Shown one piece after another: positions 7,515-18,419 of a stretch of DNA of 64,000 nucleotides. A model generated the notes under the pieces. The model made no database searches. It saw only the letters and a list, made by a program, of their open reading frames with translations, and had not been told where the DNA came from. The stretch's first letter is position 1. Every line of letters starts with the position of its first letter. The position numbers were made by a program, and so were the translations under genes. Source of the stretch: an uncultured Planctomycetaceae bacterium (GTDB taxonomy: Bacteria > Planctomycetota > Planctomycetia > Planctomycetales > Planctomycetaceae); assembly GCA_963815195.1 (NCBI GenBank), contig CAWFGE010000013.1:1120001-1184000 (forward strand). Reading direction: 5' to 3'.

Positions 7515-9965
7515 TCACGAGCGCATCATCGTTTCGTGCAGGTTGAGCAGCACGCGCGCGACGGAAGTCCAGGCGGAAAGCTCCGCGGGATCGCCGGCTG
7601 CGCTCATCGGTTTTAAGCCGACGGTTTGGAGTTTCTTCGCGGCGTCGGCTTCGGATTTGTATTGGGCTTCGTGTTTGTGGAGTAACGTGATTAACACATC
7701 GCGCTCGGCATCCCTGGGCTTGCGGGAGAGCACGAGCCGATAGGCGAACTCCAACCGGGACGTTTCCGTGTCGCCGCCTTCCCGCAGGATTCGCTCGGCG
7801 AGCGCACGCGCGGCTTCGACATAGGTGGGATCGTTTAGTAGCACCAAGGCCTGGAGCGGCGTGTTGGAGCGCGGCCGCTCGACCGTGCATTCCTCCCGCG
7901 TGGGGGCGTCGAAGGCCAACAGGCTCGGGTGCAAAAACGTCCGGCACCAATAGGTGTAAAGGCCCCGGCGATATTGGCTCTCGCCCGCATCGTGCTGCCA
8001 GGTCCGCTTGGGAAAGTTGAGGTGCTTCCAATAGCCTGCGGGCTGGTAAGGCTTCACGCTGGGACCGCCCACGGTCTCCACCAACAGCCCGCTGACCGCG
8101 AGGGCGTTGTCGCGGATCATCTCCGCATCCAGCCGGAACCGCGATTGCCGGGCCAGCCATTTGTTGTACGGATCGGCCTGCCGAAGCTCCGCGGAGACCT
8201 CGGACATTTGCCGGTAGGTTTCGGAAGTCACCATCAGCCGCACGAGGTGTTTGACGTTCCAACCGCTGTCCCTGAACTCGACCGCGAGCCAATCCAAGAG
8301 CCGCGGATGCGTCGGCCATTGCCCCTGGGAGCCGAAGTCGTCGAGCGTCGCCACCAGGCCTTTGCCGTGGAACAATTTCCAGAGCCGATTCGCGAAGACC
8401 CGCGCGGTAAGCGGGTTTTCCGGCCGAACCAGCCATTCCGCAAGATCTTTCCGCGTGGCCCGTTGCTGTTTGGTTTCGAGTGGCGGAAGGAACTCCGGCA
8501 CCGCGGGCGTCACAACTTTGCCAGAGTCGTCCAGCCAATTGCCCCGCGGCAGCACCCGCATCGTGCGCGGGCTTCCGGACATGGAAACCAGCGTGGTGGG
8601 AATCGCCTCGTTCAAGGTTTTCAGCGCGGCTTCGGCTTTCGCAACTTTCTGGCGAAGCGGATTGAGCCGGGGCGTGTAAGCCTTGATGACGTCTTCCGGT
8701 TTCACGGGCTTGGCTTTTTGAGCCACGGCCACTTGCGGCGTTTTTTGTTCGAGTTCTTTTTTCAGATCGGCGATCTCGGCGGCGAGTCGTTTTTGCTCGG
8801 CAGCTTGTGGGGCGGAAGCGAACGGCGTGGGCGGCTGCTGGCCGACGGCCGTCTCTTGGATGTCCGCAAAGAACGCCTCGAAGCTATAAAAGTCTTTGGT
8901 GAGGTACGGATCGAACTTGTGATCATGGCATTCCGCGCAGCCGAGCGTCGCGCCCATCCAAACCGTGGAGACATTCCGCACGCGGTCCGCGGCATACTTC
9001 GCCAGGTATTCCTTCGCCTGCGCCCCGCCTTCGCGGGTCGTCATGAGCAGCCGGTTGTAACCGGAGGCAATCCGCGTCTCGCGAGTCGGCTCATCCAGCA
9101 AATCGCCCGCCAACTGCTCTTTGGTAAATTCGTCGAAAGGTTTGTTGCCGGCAAACGCCTGGATCACATAATCCCGGTACAGGGACACATCGCGGTGGTT
9201 GTCGCCGTGGATGCCGTTGGTGTCGGCATAGCGAACCAGATCGAGCCAATACACCGCCATCCGCTCGCCGTAATGCATGGAACCCCGATCCTGGCTGCCA
9301 AAGTCGGTGGAACCCAATAAACGATCCACCAGGCGGTCATAAGCATCGGGGCGTTTGTCGCTCAAGAACTCTTCGACCTCCGCCGGCGTGGGCGGGAGTC
9401 CCAACAGATCGAAATACAGCCGGCGGATCAAAGTCACCTTGTCCGCCCGCGGAGACGGCGAAAGTTTTCTCGCCGCCAGTTGGGCGCGGATAAACGCATC
9501 GATCGGATGGGCCGGTTGTTGGCCCGCGAGTTTGGGAACCTCCGGGCGGACCGGGGGAATGTACGCCCAATGGCCTTTCCACTCGGCTCCCTGGGCGATC
9601 CATTTCTTGATGAGATCTTTCTGTGACTCCGAGAGTTTGCCTCCCGACTTCGGCGGCGGCATTTGCATGTCGGGATCGGTAGAGAAAACGCGCGAGACGA
9701 GTTCGCTCTTCGCCGGCTGGCCGGGTTCGATCAAGCGATACCCGCCGCGGTCGGCATACAGGTCGTCTTTCCGATCGAGCCGGAGTTCCGCTTCGCGGGT
9801 GTTCTTGTCGGGGCCGTGGCATTGAAAACAGTGCTCGGAAAAAATCGGCCGAATGTCGCGGTTGAAATCCACGGCCTCATCCGCCGTCGTCGGCATTCCG
9901 AACAGGAGGAGCAAGCCGACGGTGAAAGTGCACCGAAATGTTAGACGATCTATCTGCCTCATCAT
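7515..9965 (-). CDS. planctomycete cytochrome c / DUF1549 / DUF1553 protein
   Basis: CFQCH, WLDLVRYADT, CAECHDHKFDP, HPRLLDWLA, NTPLQAL. Confidence 0.93.
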   Translation of the reverse strand: MMRQIDRLTFRCTFTVGLLLLFGMPTTADEAVDFNRDIRPIFSEHCFQCHGPDKNTREAELRLDRKDDLYADRGGYRLIEPGQPAKSELVSRVFSTDPDMQMPPPKSGGKLSESQKDLIKKWIAQGAEWKGHWAYIPPVRPEVPKLAGQQPAHPIDAFIRAQLAARKLSPSPRADKVTLIRRLYFDLLGLPPTPAEVEEFLSDKRPDAYDRLVDRLLGSTDFGSQDRGSMHYGERMAVYWLDLVRYADTNGIHGDNHRDVSLYRDYVIQAFAGNKPFDEFTKEQLAGDLLDEPTRETRIASGYNRLLMTTREGGAQAKEYLAKYAADRVRNVSTVWMGATLGCAECHDHKFDPYLTKDFYSFEAFFADIQETAVGQQPPTPFASAPQAAEQKRLAAEIADLKKELEQKTPQVAVAQKAKPVKPEDVIKAYTPRLNPLRQKVAKAEAALKTLNEAIPTTLVSMSGSPRTMRVLPRGNWLDDSGKVVTPAVPEFLPPLETKQQRATRKDLAEWLVRPENPLTARVFANRLWKLFHGKGLVATLDDFGSQGQWPTHPRLLDWLAVEFRDSGWNVKHLVRLMVTSETYRQMSEVSAELRQADPYNKWLARQSRFRLDAEMIRDNALAVSGLLVETVGGPSVKPYQPAGYWKHLNFPKRTWQHDAGESQYRRGLYTYWCRTFLHPSLLAFDAPTREECTVERPRSNTPLQALVLLNDPTYVEAARALAERILREGGDTETSRLEFAYRLVLSRKPRDAERDVLITLLHKHEAQYKSEADAAKKLQTVGLKPMSAAGDPAELSAWTSVARVLLNLHETMMRS

Positions 9966-10108
9966 GGCGACTCCCGCGGGTCATTCTGCGTTTAGGTTTC
10001 AAAGAACCGGGGCGGACCACCCTGCGGGCGGTGCCCCCTGCGGCTAATGAATGGAACAACAATTCATCACGTGATCCTAATCCATGATGACTTGTCGCGC
10101 CGGGTTTT

Positions 10109-10639
10109 TCAAAGCTGGGGCTGAATGAGGGCGGCGAGGTTGCAGTCTTCGCGGACCGTCAGGCCCGATTGCGCGAGATCGAAGCCCGCGGCAATCTCGG
10201 CGAGCGTCTGCCCGGTTTTTGGGTGAACAAACTCCGGAAACAACTCCGCGAGCGGAACCGCGACGAACGCCCGCGTGAGCATGTCCGCATCGAACGCCTC
10301 GGATTTCAGCGGCGTGATGAAAATCGAGAGATCCACATCGATCGTCCGCGGGCCATTGATGTTCTCCGGATCGCGCACGCGGTGCAGGTGGAGTTCGACT
10401 CGGCGGAGGACGTTGTGCTTGAGTTCGGCCGCGGAAAACGGCGTCTCCAAAAGCACGGCGGCGTTCAGGAAGTTGGGCTGATCGAGAAACCCGGCCGGCG
10501 GCGATTCCCAGACCCGCGAGGCTTGTTTGACGTTGCCGCCGCTTTGAAGCTCGCGAACGGCCGCCTGCAGGTTAGAAACGGGATCGATGTTCGATCCCAG
10601 CGAAATCAGCGCCCGGTTGGGCGAAAACCAGTCACGCAT
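10109..10639 (-). CDS. folK: 2-amino-4-hydroxy-6-hydroxymethyldihydropteridine pyrophosphokinase
   Basis: SLGSN, FLNAA, GPRTIDVD, RAFVAVPLAE. Confidence 0.92.
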   Translation of the reverse strand: MRDWFSPNRALISLGSNIDPVSNLQAAVRELQSGGNVKQASRVWESPPAGFLDQPNFLNAAVLLETPFSAAELKHNVLRRVELHLHRVRDPENINGPRTIDVDLSIFITPLKSEAFDADMLTRAFVAVPLAELFPEFVHPKTGQTLAEIAAGFDLAQSGLTVREDCNLAALIQPQL

Positions 10640-10994
10640 CGTCCTGGCTCCGCTCGATCTCGACGCCCACGGACCGCGCGAACCGCAGGGCCTGGGGCTT
10701 TTCCACGGTGACTTTCACCCGCTCGATGCGGGCATCGGCGAGGCAGACGCGGGCGATCTCCTCGGCCAGCCGCTCCACCAACAGGAACCGCGACGTCTCC
10801 ACAAGCTGGATGATCTGCTTGGTCAGCGTGCGGTAGTTGACGGCGTCGGCGATTTCGTCCGATCGGCCCGCGGCTCGCGTGTCGGTGTCCACGACAAGGT
10901 TCACGAGCACATCCTGCCGTTCGGTGCGCTCGTCCTCGTTGATGCCGATGATGGTTCGCAGCAAGAGATCCTTGATGAGGATGCGGTCGGTCAT
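10632..10994 (-). CDS. folB: dihydroneopterin aldolase
   Basis: IIGINEDER, VNY, LVERLAEEIA, VEKPQA; overlaps the folK start. Confidence 0.93.
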   Translation of the reverse strand: MTDRILIKDLLLRTIIGINEDERTERQDVLVNLVVDTDTRAAGRSDEIADAVNYRTLTKQIIQLVETSRFLLVERLAEEIARVCLADARIERVKVTVEKPQALRFARSVGVEIERSQDDA

Positions 10995-11041
10995 GGGGCG
11001 GCTTCTCGGCGGGAAAGGGACATCAAAACATCCTGTTTTAA

Positions 11042-11809
11042 TCAAGCCGAGAGATGCTCGCCACCGTTGACGTGCAGAATTTCTCCGGTGACGAACTCGG
11101 CCTGGAGCAAATACAGCGCGGCCTGCACGATGTCCTCCGGCGATCCCACGCGGTGCAGTGGATTGTTCTGGGCGAGCGAGTTCAAATAGTCGCCGCCTTG
11201 GCCGGGCGGCGGCAAAATCGCGCCGGGGGCGATGGCGTTGACGCGGATGTTCGACGGTCCCAACTCGGCGGCCAGCGCTTTCGTCAGCGCCGCGAGGCCG
11301 CTTTTGGCGATGGTGTAAGCGAGATGGCTGGTCCCCGCCGCCGGGTGGGTCGTGCGCCAATCGAGGATGTTCAAGATCTGGGCCGTTGCCCGCGGCGAAT
11401 CTTCACGTTTTGCAAACTGGAAGGCAAACTCTTTGGCGAGAAAACACGGGGCTTTGAGGTTGATCGCGAAATGGCGGTCCCAGATTTCGCCGGTGGTTTC
11501 GGCGAGTGTCGCCGGCTCGAAAATGGCCGCGCTGTTGATGAGCAGGTCCGCGCCGCCGAACGCGGCCGCGGCGATTTCCATCACCTGCCGGGCGGCTTTC
11601 TCCGGTTCTTCAAAATCCGCGCGGATCAACCGCACCTCGCCGCCGAGGTGTTCGATTTCGTTCGCGGTTTCGCGGGCGGCTTTTTCGGAGGCGTTGTAAT
11701 GCAGGACGATCTTCGCCCCCGCGCCGGCGAGAGCCAACGCCAGCGCCCGCCCCAACCGCACGGCTCCGCCCGTCACAATCACCGATTTGTTCCGAAGTCC
11801 CATCGCCAC
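11042..11809 (-). CDS. SDR oxidoreductase, pteridine reductase/FolM-like
   Basis: TGGAVRLG, INSA, YTIAK, VNAIAPG; upstream of folB-folK. Confidence 0.85.
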   Translation of the reverse strand: MAMGLRNKSVIVTGGAVRLGRALALALAGAGAKIVLHYNASEKAARETANEIEHLGGEVRLIRADFEEPEKAARQVMEIAAAAFGGADLLINSAAIFEPATLAETTGEIWDRHFAINLKAPCFLAKEFAFQFAKREDSPRATAQILNILDWRTTHPAAGTSHLAYTIAKSGLAALTKALAAELGPSNIRVNAIAPGAILPPPGQGGDYLNSLAQNNPLHRVGSPEDIVQAALYLLQAEFVTGEILHVNGGEHLSA

Positions 11810-11856
11810 GGAATCCCGAAGTCAAAAGCTTTACGAAGCCACGGATGAAAAAAACC

Positions 11857-14047
11857 TCAGCGGGGCAATGGGGGCAGGATCGGGCCGCTTTTGGGGTCTT
11901 CTGTTTTGCCTTGTTTTTCTGGGGCCGATTCCGTTTGCGGCCGCGGCGCGGGCAAAGCCGGAATGTTTTCGCGTTGTTGGGGGAGCGGCGACGATGGACG
12001 ACTTTGCGGATACGTCTGCGAGGGGACACCGCGGTTGTCGTGGTACAGGGGGACGGCCACGTCGGGGTCGGGAATTGGCGGACCGAAGAATTGGGCCGCG
12101 CCACGGTTCCACCGCGAGGCCGCTTCCGCAAACACGTTGAAGTGCTCCCCCGACCGCAGGTAAAGGCCGGGCGGAAGGCTGAACACGCCCAGGCTCACGT
12201 TGTTCTTCAAGTCAAAATCGGGCAGCACGCTGATGTGCTTGGGGTCAATGTATTTATAGGTCACGCGCTTGGCCCACACGACCAGCGTGGGGCCGGGCTG
12301 CGGCGGGATGGGAAGGCTCAAGACTTGCGGAACCCAACTGCCCGCCGGCCCGGGCACGAGATGGACTTCGTTCAATGTTCCGCCGCCGCTGCGACTGATC
12401 TGGCGCGGCACGCTGCCGCCGGCGGGGATGTTGAACTGCTGCGGAGGCACCGGGGCGAACGGATAAACCATCTGCACGACAAGTTCATCCTGGCTGGGAT
12501 TGTCGAAATAAATCGTGGCCGGGGTCAATGCGGTGTTGAGAGCCACCTGCCTTTGCACCAAAGGCGAGGCATAACCGACGCCGGGCTGGAGCAAATACGG
12601 ATGCCAATCGCCGTTCCAATAGCCGTCGGCGATCAATCGCCCGGTGGCATCGACGCCGAAGGCCGTTTGCGAAAACGGATCGGCCGCGACGGGGGCCCCG
12701 GTGAAAAAGCCCTGGGTGAGCGTGGTCTGATTCCATCCGCCCGCCGTGTTGGTCCAGGCGTTCCAGGCTCCGCCCTGGCCGAACCCGACCAGCGACAGGT
12801 TGGCTCCCGATTGGGAAAACGCGACCGGGCTTCCCGGCGGCAGCGTGGCTCCCCGCACCGGGATTGCCTGCCAACGTCCTTGGGCTTGCTCCAAAGTTTG
12901 CACCTGCCCGCGGGCGTCGACGCCGGCCAACCACACCTGGGATGTTCCCGCCGCCGTTTGCACCGTCGCCGAGATGGGGGCATCGGGCGGAAAGCCCGCG
13001 GCCACGGCTTCCGGGCCGTTCCATCGGCCTCGGGTGCTCTGGTAATTCAGCAGCTGCCCCTGCCGGTCCACAAGGTACAGATTCTCCCCGGAACCTAAGC
13101 GGGTCGAATGCGACACGACGGAAATCGGGGCGCCGGAAGTGAAGCGGCCGGCTTGCCCGTCGATCAATTGATGCCGGCCGCCCGACAAGTCGAGATTCCA
13201 CAAACGCCCCTGTTTGTCCACTGCGAAGCCTTCCGCTCCGCCATCGTCCGAGCGGGTGCGGACATGCGAGGCGGGGGCGAATTGCAAATCGTCCGCGACC
13301 GGCCGGATTTGATGTCCGTTCGAGATCTCCACCAACTTCCCGCCGGAGTTGACGGTGTAGGCCAGCGGGGCTTGTTCGCCGCGGCGGGAAACGAGCGACA
13401 GCGGCGCGCCGGGAATCAACCCCGATTGATTGGCCACGCCCTGATTGGCAACAGGATAGGGCTGCCATTGATCCCGCCAACCGTGATACGCCTGCAGCCG
13501 GCCTTTCTGATCGATGAAGCCGACGTCGAGCCTTTGGTTTCCCGCGGGCGTGTAGGCGACTTCCATCGGTCCCGCGGAACGTTGCCCGCCGGCAATGGGC
13601 GCGCGGCGCGGGCGTTTCATTTCCGCGCGGCGAAACGGCGGCCGGTCGCCGGGCGGTGACCGTGTTGGGCATCGGCGGTGCCGCTTGCATGGCCTGAATC
13701 TGCTGCTGGCTCGCCCGCCAGTTCTGGCCGTTCGCGGTGCCGATCTGCATCGAGCCGGCATCCTTCACCGGCCAACGCAACGCCTGACCGGCGGCCGGCG
13801 AAAAATAGCCCAGATACCGTCCATCCGGCGAATCGAACAGCCGCTGCCTTTGATACACGAACGTCTGGTTCTGCCGATCGGTGATCGTCAACTGCTCCGG
13901 GCTTTGAACGGCAGTGGACGTGAGGTCGTTCCGTCCGGGCACCTGGAGCACAAAACGCTCCTGGGCCAGAGCCGCTTGCGCGAATCCGGCCAGGCAGCCC
14001 AAGATTGCCAGGAACAGCCAACGGCGAGTTCGGAGAGGGAAATCCAT
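11857..14047 (-). CDS. secreted repeat protein, beta-propeller/lectin-like (frameshift near 13600)
   Basis: Signal peptide in ORF 12485-14047 continues into ORF 11857-13761, which has repeated D..G.L / W / PG.P units. Confidence 0.6.
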
Positions 14048-14301
14048 GAGCGTCTCCTCAATGGGGAATCATTCGTCTTTCTTCCATTTCCATTATAGAA
14101 AGTTCGTGCCGGGAATGTCGCGATTTTTCACAGGGCCGGGGTTTTCCGGGTTTTTGTCAGAACCGGCGGAATCCGGAGAACCCTTTTCATCGGACTTCAA
14201 AATCCGCGACCGGTCCCGGGAAATGTCCTCGTCCCATAAAACCTGAGGTAAACTTGGGACGAACCATTTCCGCGCGACTTGCCTGACACGGGATATCGGC
14301 A

Positions 14302-14757
14302 ATGTTGAATTTTGACTTTTTCACCGAACGGTCGGATGTCTACCGGGCCCTGTCGAGCCGGCTGAATGACCAATGTATGGACGGGCTGCGCTATCAGGAC
14401 CGAAAAGTCCAGCGCAGCGAATTCTGCGAAGTCATCTGGCTCGTTTCCAAAAAAGGCAAAGGCTTCGACTATTCCCAAGCAGTCCCGGCGATCAGCCGAG
14501 ATCTCAGCATCCGGGGATTGTCGCTGGTTCACACGGCCCCCATTGCCGGCGGCGAGCTGGTCGTGGCGATCCCCGGAAAGCACGGCTTTAGCTTCTTGCA
14601 CTGCAACGTGCAGCATTGCTCCGACCTGGGATACGGGTTTTTCCAGATCGGATTGTACGCCGCGAAAGTCGTCACGCCGAACATGGCCGACATGACCATT
14701 TGGGAAAAACGCAAAGCCCAATTCCGCCAGGAAGCGCCCGCCGAACCCATCGTCTGA
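14302..14757 (+). CDS. PilZ-like domain protein
   Basis: RKVQR and DLSIRG motifs (RxxxR / DxSxxG). Confidence 0.65.
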   Translation: MLNFDFFTERSDVYRALSSRLNDQCMDGLRYQDRKVQRSEFCEVIWLVSKKGKGFDYSQAVPAISRDLSIRGLSLVHTAPIAGGELVVAIPGKHGFSFLHCNVQHCSDLGYGFFQIGLYAAKVVTPNMADMTIWEKRKAQFRQEAPAEPIV

Positions 14758-14802
14758 CGGTTCCGACTTAAAGCCTCGAAGAATTCAATCCGTCCGCGAT
14801 TG

Positions 14803-14834
14803 AGCCCTGGGGAAATCCATAATTTCCCAGGGCT
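14803..14834 (+). terminator. hairpin, possible terminator
   Basis: AGCCCTGGGGAAAT / ATTTCCCAGGGCT. Confidence 0.45.
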
Positions 14835-15065
14835 TCGTTCATTGGCATCCGCTCGCGGGCCGGCAATCGTGCAGAATTACAAATAACTCAAGCCCGGCAA
14901 ATATCCCTCAAAACAAGTTGCCACGCCACATTATCCGTGGTTCAATGTTTTGGAGCGCCACTCTTGTTCGCGAGTTTAATACGAGCGGTCGCTGCGCGCT
15001 CCGTTGGGTTGAGCGCGATGCCGGTTTCGCCCGTGCTCAAGATCGTTGTGTAGGAACATAGGACC

Positions 15066-15800
15066 ATGGACACCGCCGTCACATTCGGCCTGTTGATCGT
15101 CGCCTTCGCCGGGGTGGCTTGGTTTTTTGCGCGGCGTTACGAGCAAAAACGCACGCGGGAGTTCGCAGCCGTCGCCGAGGTGTGGGGCATGGAGTTTTTT
15201 CCCAAGGGCGACTCTTCGCTCAAGGACAAGGACGGCGAATATGCCGGGACGCTCGGGGATTTTTCGCTTTTGAAGGAGGGGCATGGGCAGAAGCTCAAGA
15301 ACCTGATTCGCGGCCGGACCCAGAGCGTCGATGTGTCGGTTTTCGATTACACCTACACCGTCGGCGGCGGGGATTCTTCCTCCACGCACCGGCAGACCGT
15401 GGTGCACTTCGAATGTGACCGGCTCGCGTTGCCCAAGTTCGAGCTTCGCCCCGAGCACCTGGGCCATCGCCTGGCGAAACTGTTCGGCTACCAGGACATC
15501 AACTTTCCCGAGTCCCCCAAGTTCTCCAAGAAGTATCTGCTCCGCGGCGAAGACGAGCCGGCGATTCGCGATGCATTTACGGCCGACGTGCTCGAACATC
15601 TGGAATCGCTGGACGGATTGCACGTTGCCGGGGACCGATCGAAACTGATCGTGTATCGGCACGACAAACGCGTCCGCCCCGCGGAGCTGGACGGGTTTTT
15701 GAGAGAGGCGTTCGGGATCTACTCGCAATTCAAAGCCGCGTGCGATGCATCGCTCGGCACCGGCGAGCGATCTGAAGTGACGATGGAGGAGGGCAGTTAG
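15066..15800 (+). CDS. hypothetical membrane-anchored protein
   Basis: N-terminal TM, plausible codon usage, AGGA RBS. Confidence 0.75.
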   Translation: MDTAVTFGLLIVAFAGVAWFFARRYEQKRTREFAAVAEVWGMEFFPKGDSSLKDKDGEYAGTLGDFSLLKEGHGQKLKNLIRGRTQSVDVSVFDYTYTVGGGDSSSTHRQTVVHFECDRLALPKFELRPEHLGHRLAKLFGYQDINFPESPKFSKKYLLRGEDEPAIRDAFTADVLEHLESLDGLHVAGDRSKLIVYRHDKRVRPAELDGFLREAFGIYSQFKAACDASLGTGERSEVTMEEGS

Positions 15801-15856
15801 AAGTTACGATTGCCCTTTCAATTTTTTGATTGCCTTTGGATGATTCGAGAAATAAC

Positions 15857-15924
15857 TGAGCGGAATGGCGCTAGCCACCGGTTGGTGCAACGTGAAAAGC
15901 CGGCGGCTAGCGCCCAGCCGCTCA
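15857..15924. repeat. REP-like palindrome (GCGCTAGCC family)
   Basis: TGAGCGG..GCGCTAGCC.CCGG / CCGGCGGCTAGCGC..CCGCTCA. Confidence 0.8.
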
Positions 15925-16049
15925 AAGAATAGAGGACACTTATTTCTCGAACCATCCTTTGCCAAACTCCATCCTCTATCCTCCATCCTCATTTACAACG
16001 GAGTGGATGACATGCTCCCCACCTCGCGCTTTGACATCGCGGCCGACGC

Positions 16050-16784
16050 ATGAAATGGTTCAAGGCCCGGATTTTTGGCGTCGCGTTCTTTGTGATGGGG
16101 CTGCTCTTGGCGATCCATGCGGTGCGGCGGGGCGGTTGGTGGTGGGGGCTGTTGTGGCCCGCGGTTTCGTTGTGGGCGGCGGGGATCGCCTATTTGTGGC
16201 TGGGGCCGGGCGTGTTCGGCAAAACGCCCCTGGGCACGCGGCGGCTTCATTCCCGGCTGATCTTGATGCCTTACTGCGGGGCGAACTGGCTGGGCTGGCG
16301 GCTGTTGCGGTTTGTGGTGCGGGAGGACTGCTGGAACGAGGCGGCCCCGAAGCTCTACATCGGCCGCCGGGCTTACGGCCACGAACTTCCGCCGGACGCG
16401 GGACTGATCGTGGACTTGACGGCGGAGTTCATCGAACCGATCGCCGTCCGCACGGGCCGGCGTTATGTGAGCTTTCCCATCCTGGACGCCTACATTCCCC
16501 ACAGCGATGAGGAGGTGCTCATTCTCATCGAGGAACTGGGCAACTCGACGGAGTCCATATACATCCACTGTGCCGAGGGCCACGGCCGGGCCGCGATGAT
16601 TGCAGCGCTCGTCTTGGTGCACCGAGGCGTCGCGACGGACGGGGAGTCGGCGTTGGCCCATCTGCAAAAAATCCGCCCCCGCATCAAACTCCGCCCCCAC
16701 CAGCGCGAGGCTTTGGAACGCTGGATCAAACTCTTATTCGCGGCGGCCGTCACTCCGCGGCAAACAGATGAAAATGCGAGTTGA
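16050..16784 (+). CDS. membrane-bound dual-specificity (CX5R) phosphatase family protein
   Basis: N-terminal TMs; HCAEGHGRAA P-loop; DLTAE. Confidence 0.85.
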   Translation: MKWFKARIFGVAFFVMGLLLAIHAVRRGGWWWGLLWPAVSLWAAGIAYLWLGPGVFGKTPLGTRRLHSRLILMPYCGANWLGWRLLRFVVREDCWNEAAPKLYIGRRAYGHELPPDAGLIVDLTAEFIEPIAVRTGRRYVSFPILDAYIPHSDEEVLILIEELGNSTESIYIHCAEGHGRAAMIAALVLVHRGVATDGESALAHLQKIRPRIKLRPHQREALERWIKLLFAAAVTPRQTDENAS

Positions 16785-17397
16785 GCGTAAGAAGCTCGGA
16801 CTTTCCATCCTTGTGGCGGATGATGTTGATGCAGCAGTTCGCCTGGTGGATGTCCTTGGCCCGCTTGAGATCGAGGCCCAAAACATCGGCGAGATAAGCC
16901 CGGTTGACGACGTTATGAGCCACGGCCACGATCGATTCGCCGCGGTGCTTTTCGAGCAGCCCTTCGAGAGCCGGCTTCGCGCGGCCGAGCACATCGCGGT
17001 AAGATTCGCCCCCCAGGTAAGGCGTGTCGCCGGGGTCTTCCATGAAGGCCCGGTACGCGGTTTCGTTCTCTTCCATAATCATGCTCCACGACTTGCCTTC
17101 CCACTCGCCGACGTTGACTTCGTGAATGCCTTCCAAAGATCGCGGCTCGAGATAAAGCAGCCGGGCGATCTCGCCGGCGGTTTCGCGGGCGCGGAGCAGC
17201 GTGCTCGAATAGACAGCGTGGATCGAAATCTTCGCCAGGAACTTCGCCACCGCCCGGGCCTGGGCGCGGCCGTTTTCGCTCAGCGGGAAATTGATGCCAT
17301 GCCCCTGGAGCACATAAGGCCTCCGTTCGTTGGCTTCCGTCGCTCCGTGGCGAACCAAAAACAAATGCGTGGTCTGGTCATCCGAATCCGGCCACAT
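16750..17397 (-). CDS. histidine phosphatase family protein
   Basis: LVRHG, RARETA, GEWEG, GGES, VAHN. Confidence 0.9.
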   Translation of the reverse strand: MWPDSDDQTTHLFLVRHGATEANERRPYVLQGHGINFPLSENGRAQARAVAKFLAKISIHAVYSSTLLRARETAGEIARLLYLEPRSLEGIHEVNVGEWEGKSWSMIMEENETAYRAFMEDPGDTPYLGGESYRDVLGRAKPALEGLLEKHRGESIVAVAHNVVNRAYLADVLGLDLKRAKDIHQANCCINIIRHKDGKSELLTLNSHFHLFAAE

Positions 17398-17435
17398 GTT
17401 TCAAAATCCATTCTGTTCTATTCATGGTTTGGAAA

Positions 17436-17471
17436 GAAAACAAAAAGCCGCCTCCCGTTGGGAAAGCGGCT
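17436..17471 (-). terminator. intrinsic terminator
   Basis: AGCCGC..CCC/GGG..GCGGCT hairpin followed by a U-tract on the minus strand. Confidence 0.6.
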
Positions 17472-17491
17472 CTGTGCGAAGGCGGGGAGCC

Positions 17492-17656
17492 TCAGGATTC
17501 CCGCAGGCGGGCGCCGATGGTGAAGAGGATAATCCCCAACAGCAAAAGGCTCGGCATGTAAATCAGCGGGAACCCGAACTCCAACTGCCAGATGATGAGC
17601 ATCGGCAGAAAGATCAGCACCAGAAACTGAAGTCCCATTCCCAGGCGGTGGCGCAT
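17492..17656 (-). CDS. small two-TM membrane protein (54 aa, absent from the ORF track)
   Basis: MRHRLGMGLQFLVLIFLPMLIIWQLEFGFPLIYMPSLLLLGIILFTIGARLRES*; starts 4 nt after the upstream stop and precedes the terminator. Confidence 0.65.
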   Translation of the reverse strand: MRHRLGMGLQFLVLIFLPMLIIWQLEFGFPLIYMPSLLLLGIILFTIGARLRES

Positions 17657-17660
17657 CGGA

Positions 17661-18419
17661 TCAGTCGAGCTTGAATTTGGAAACGGGGACTTTGATCGGA
17701 TCGAGCTTCTCGGTTTCGCCGGCGAAGATGTCGACCTTCATCGCGCGGTCGATGTAGCCCACCCGCTCGTGCCAGACGGTGAACGTATATTCGCCCTCGG
17801 GCAGGTTGTCGATTTTGAACTTGCCTTCGGAATCCGTCACCGCCACGTAAGGATGATCGACCACCACCCAGTAGGCCTTCATGTGGGGATGCAAATCGCA
17901 GTTCACGGGCATCGGCAGGAGCTCGCGCTCGCCGTATTTTATCGGAAAGCCTTCCCGGTCCTTGGGCTTGACGATGAAGTTCAACTCTTCGTTGATGAAC
18001 GGGTGCGTGTGCGTGTTGTGGTTGATCGGATCGTCCGATTTCACCAGCACTTCCTGATCCGTGCGGACGACGAGGATGTGCGGCTCGAACCGGCAGTTCT
18101 TCTGGTCGAAGACGACCTGTTTTTCCTTGGAGTCTTTGACCTTCGCGGGGATGTTCTCGGGGGCTTTTTTCAAATACACCACGACGTTCGCGATGCCCTT
18201 GGTTTTGGGATCGACGATCAACGTGTTCTCGGGCAGCTTTTTCGCGGCACAGACCGCGGCATCTTTGGTGATCGTGGGCGGCTTGATATCGGGAATCGCC
18301 CCGTCCAGCACGAATTGCCCGGAAAAGCCCCCGGTGTCCGCCGCCAAGGCTTCACCGGCGGGGACGGCCAAAACGACGCCGGCACCGAAGAGGGCCAGGC
18401 ACGATAACATCTTTCTCAT
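17661..18419 (-). CDS. secreted carboxypeptidase-regulatory-like / cupredoxin-like protein
   Basis: Signal peptide; DQKNCRFEPH, HNTH, CDLHPHM, VTDSEGKF, WHE. Confidence 0.8.
   Translation of the reverse strand: MRKMLSCLALFGAGVVLAVPAGEALAADTGGFSGQFVLDGAIPDIKPPTITKDAAVCAAKKLPENTLIVDPKTKGIANVVVYLKKAPENIPAKVKDSKEKQVVFDQKNCRFEPHILVVRTDQEVLVKSDDPINHNTHTHPFINEELNFIVKPKDREGFPIKYGERELLPMPVNCDLHPHMKAYWVVVDHPYVAVTDSEGKFKIDNLPEGEYTFTVWHERVGYIDRAMKVDIFAGETEKLDPIKVPVSKFKLD

Noticed and set aside
15969..15991. Short heptamer-type repeats (CCATCCT; also CTGACCT near 63987)
   Set aside because: Only 2-3 units, common intergenic filler, no supportable function
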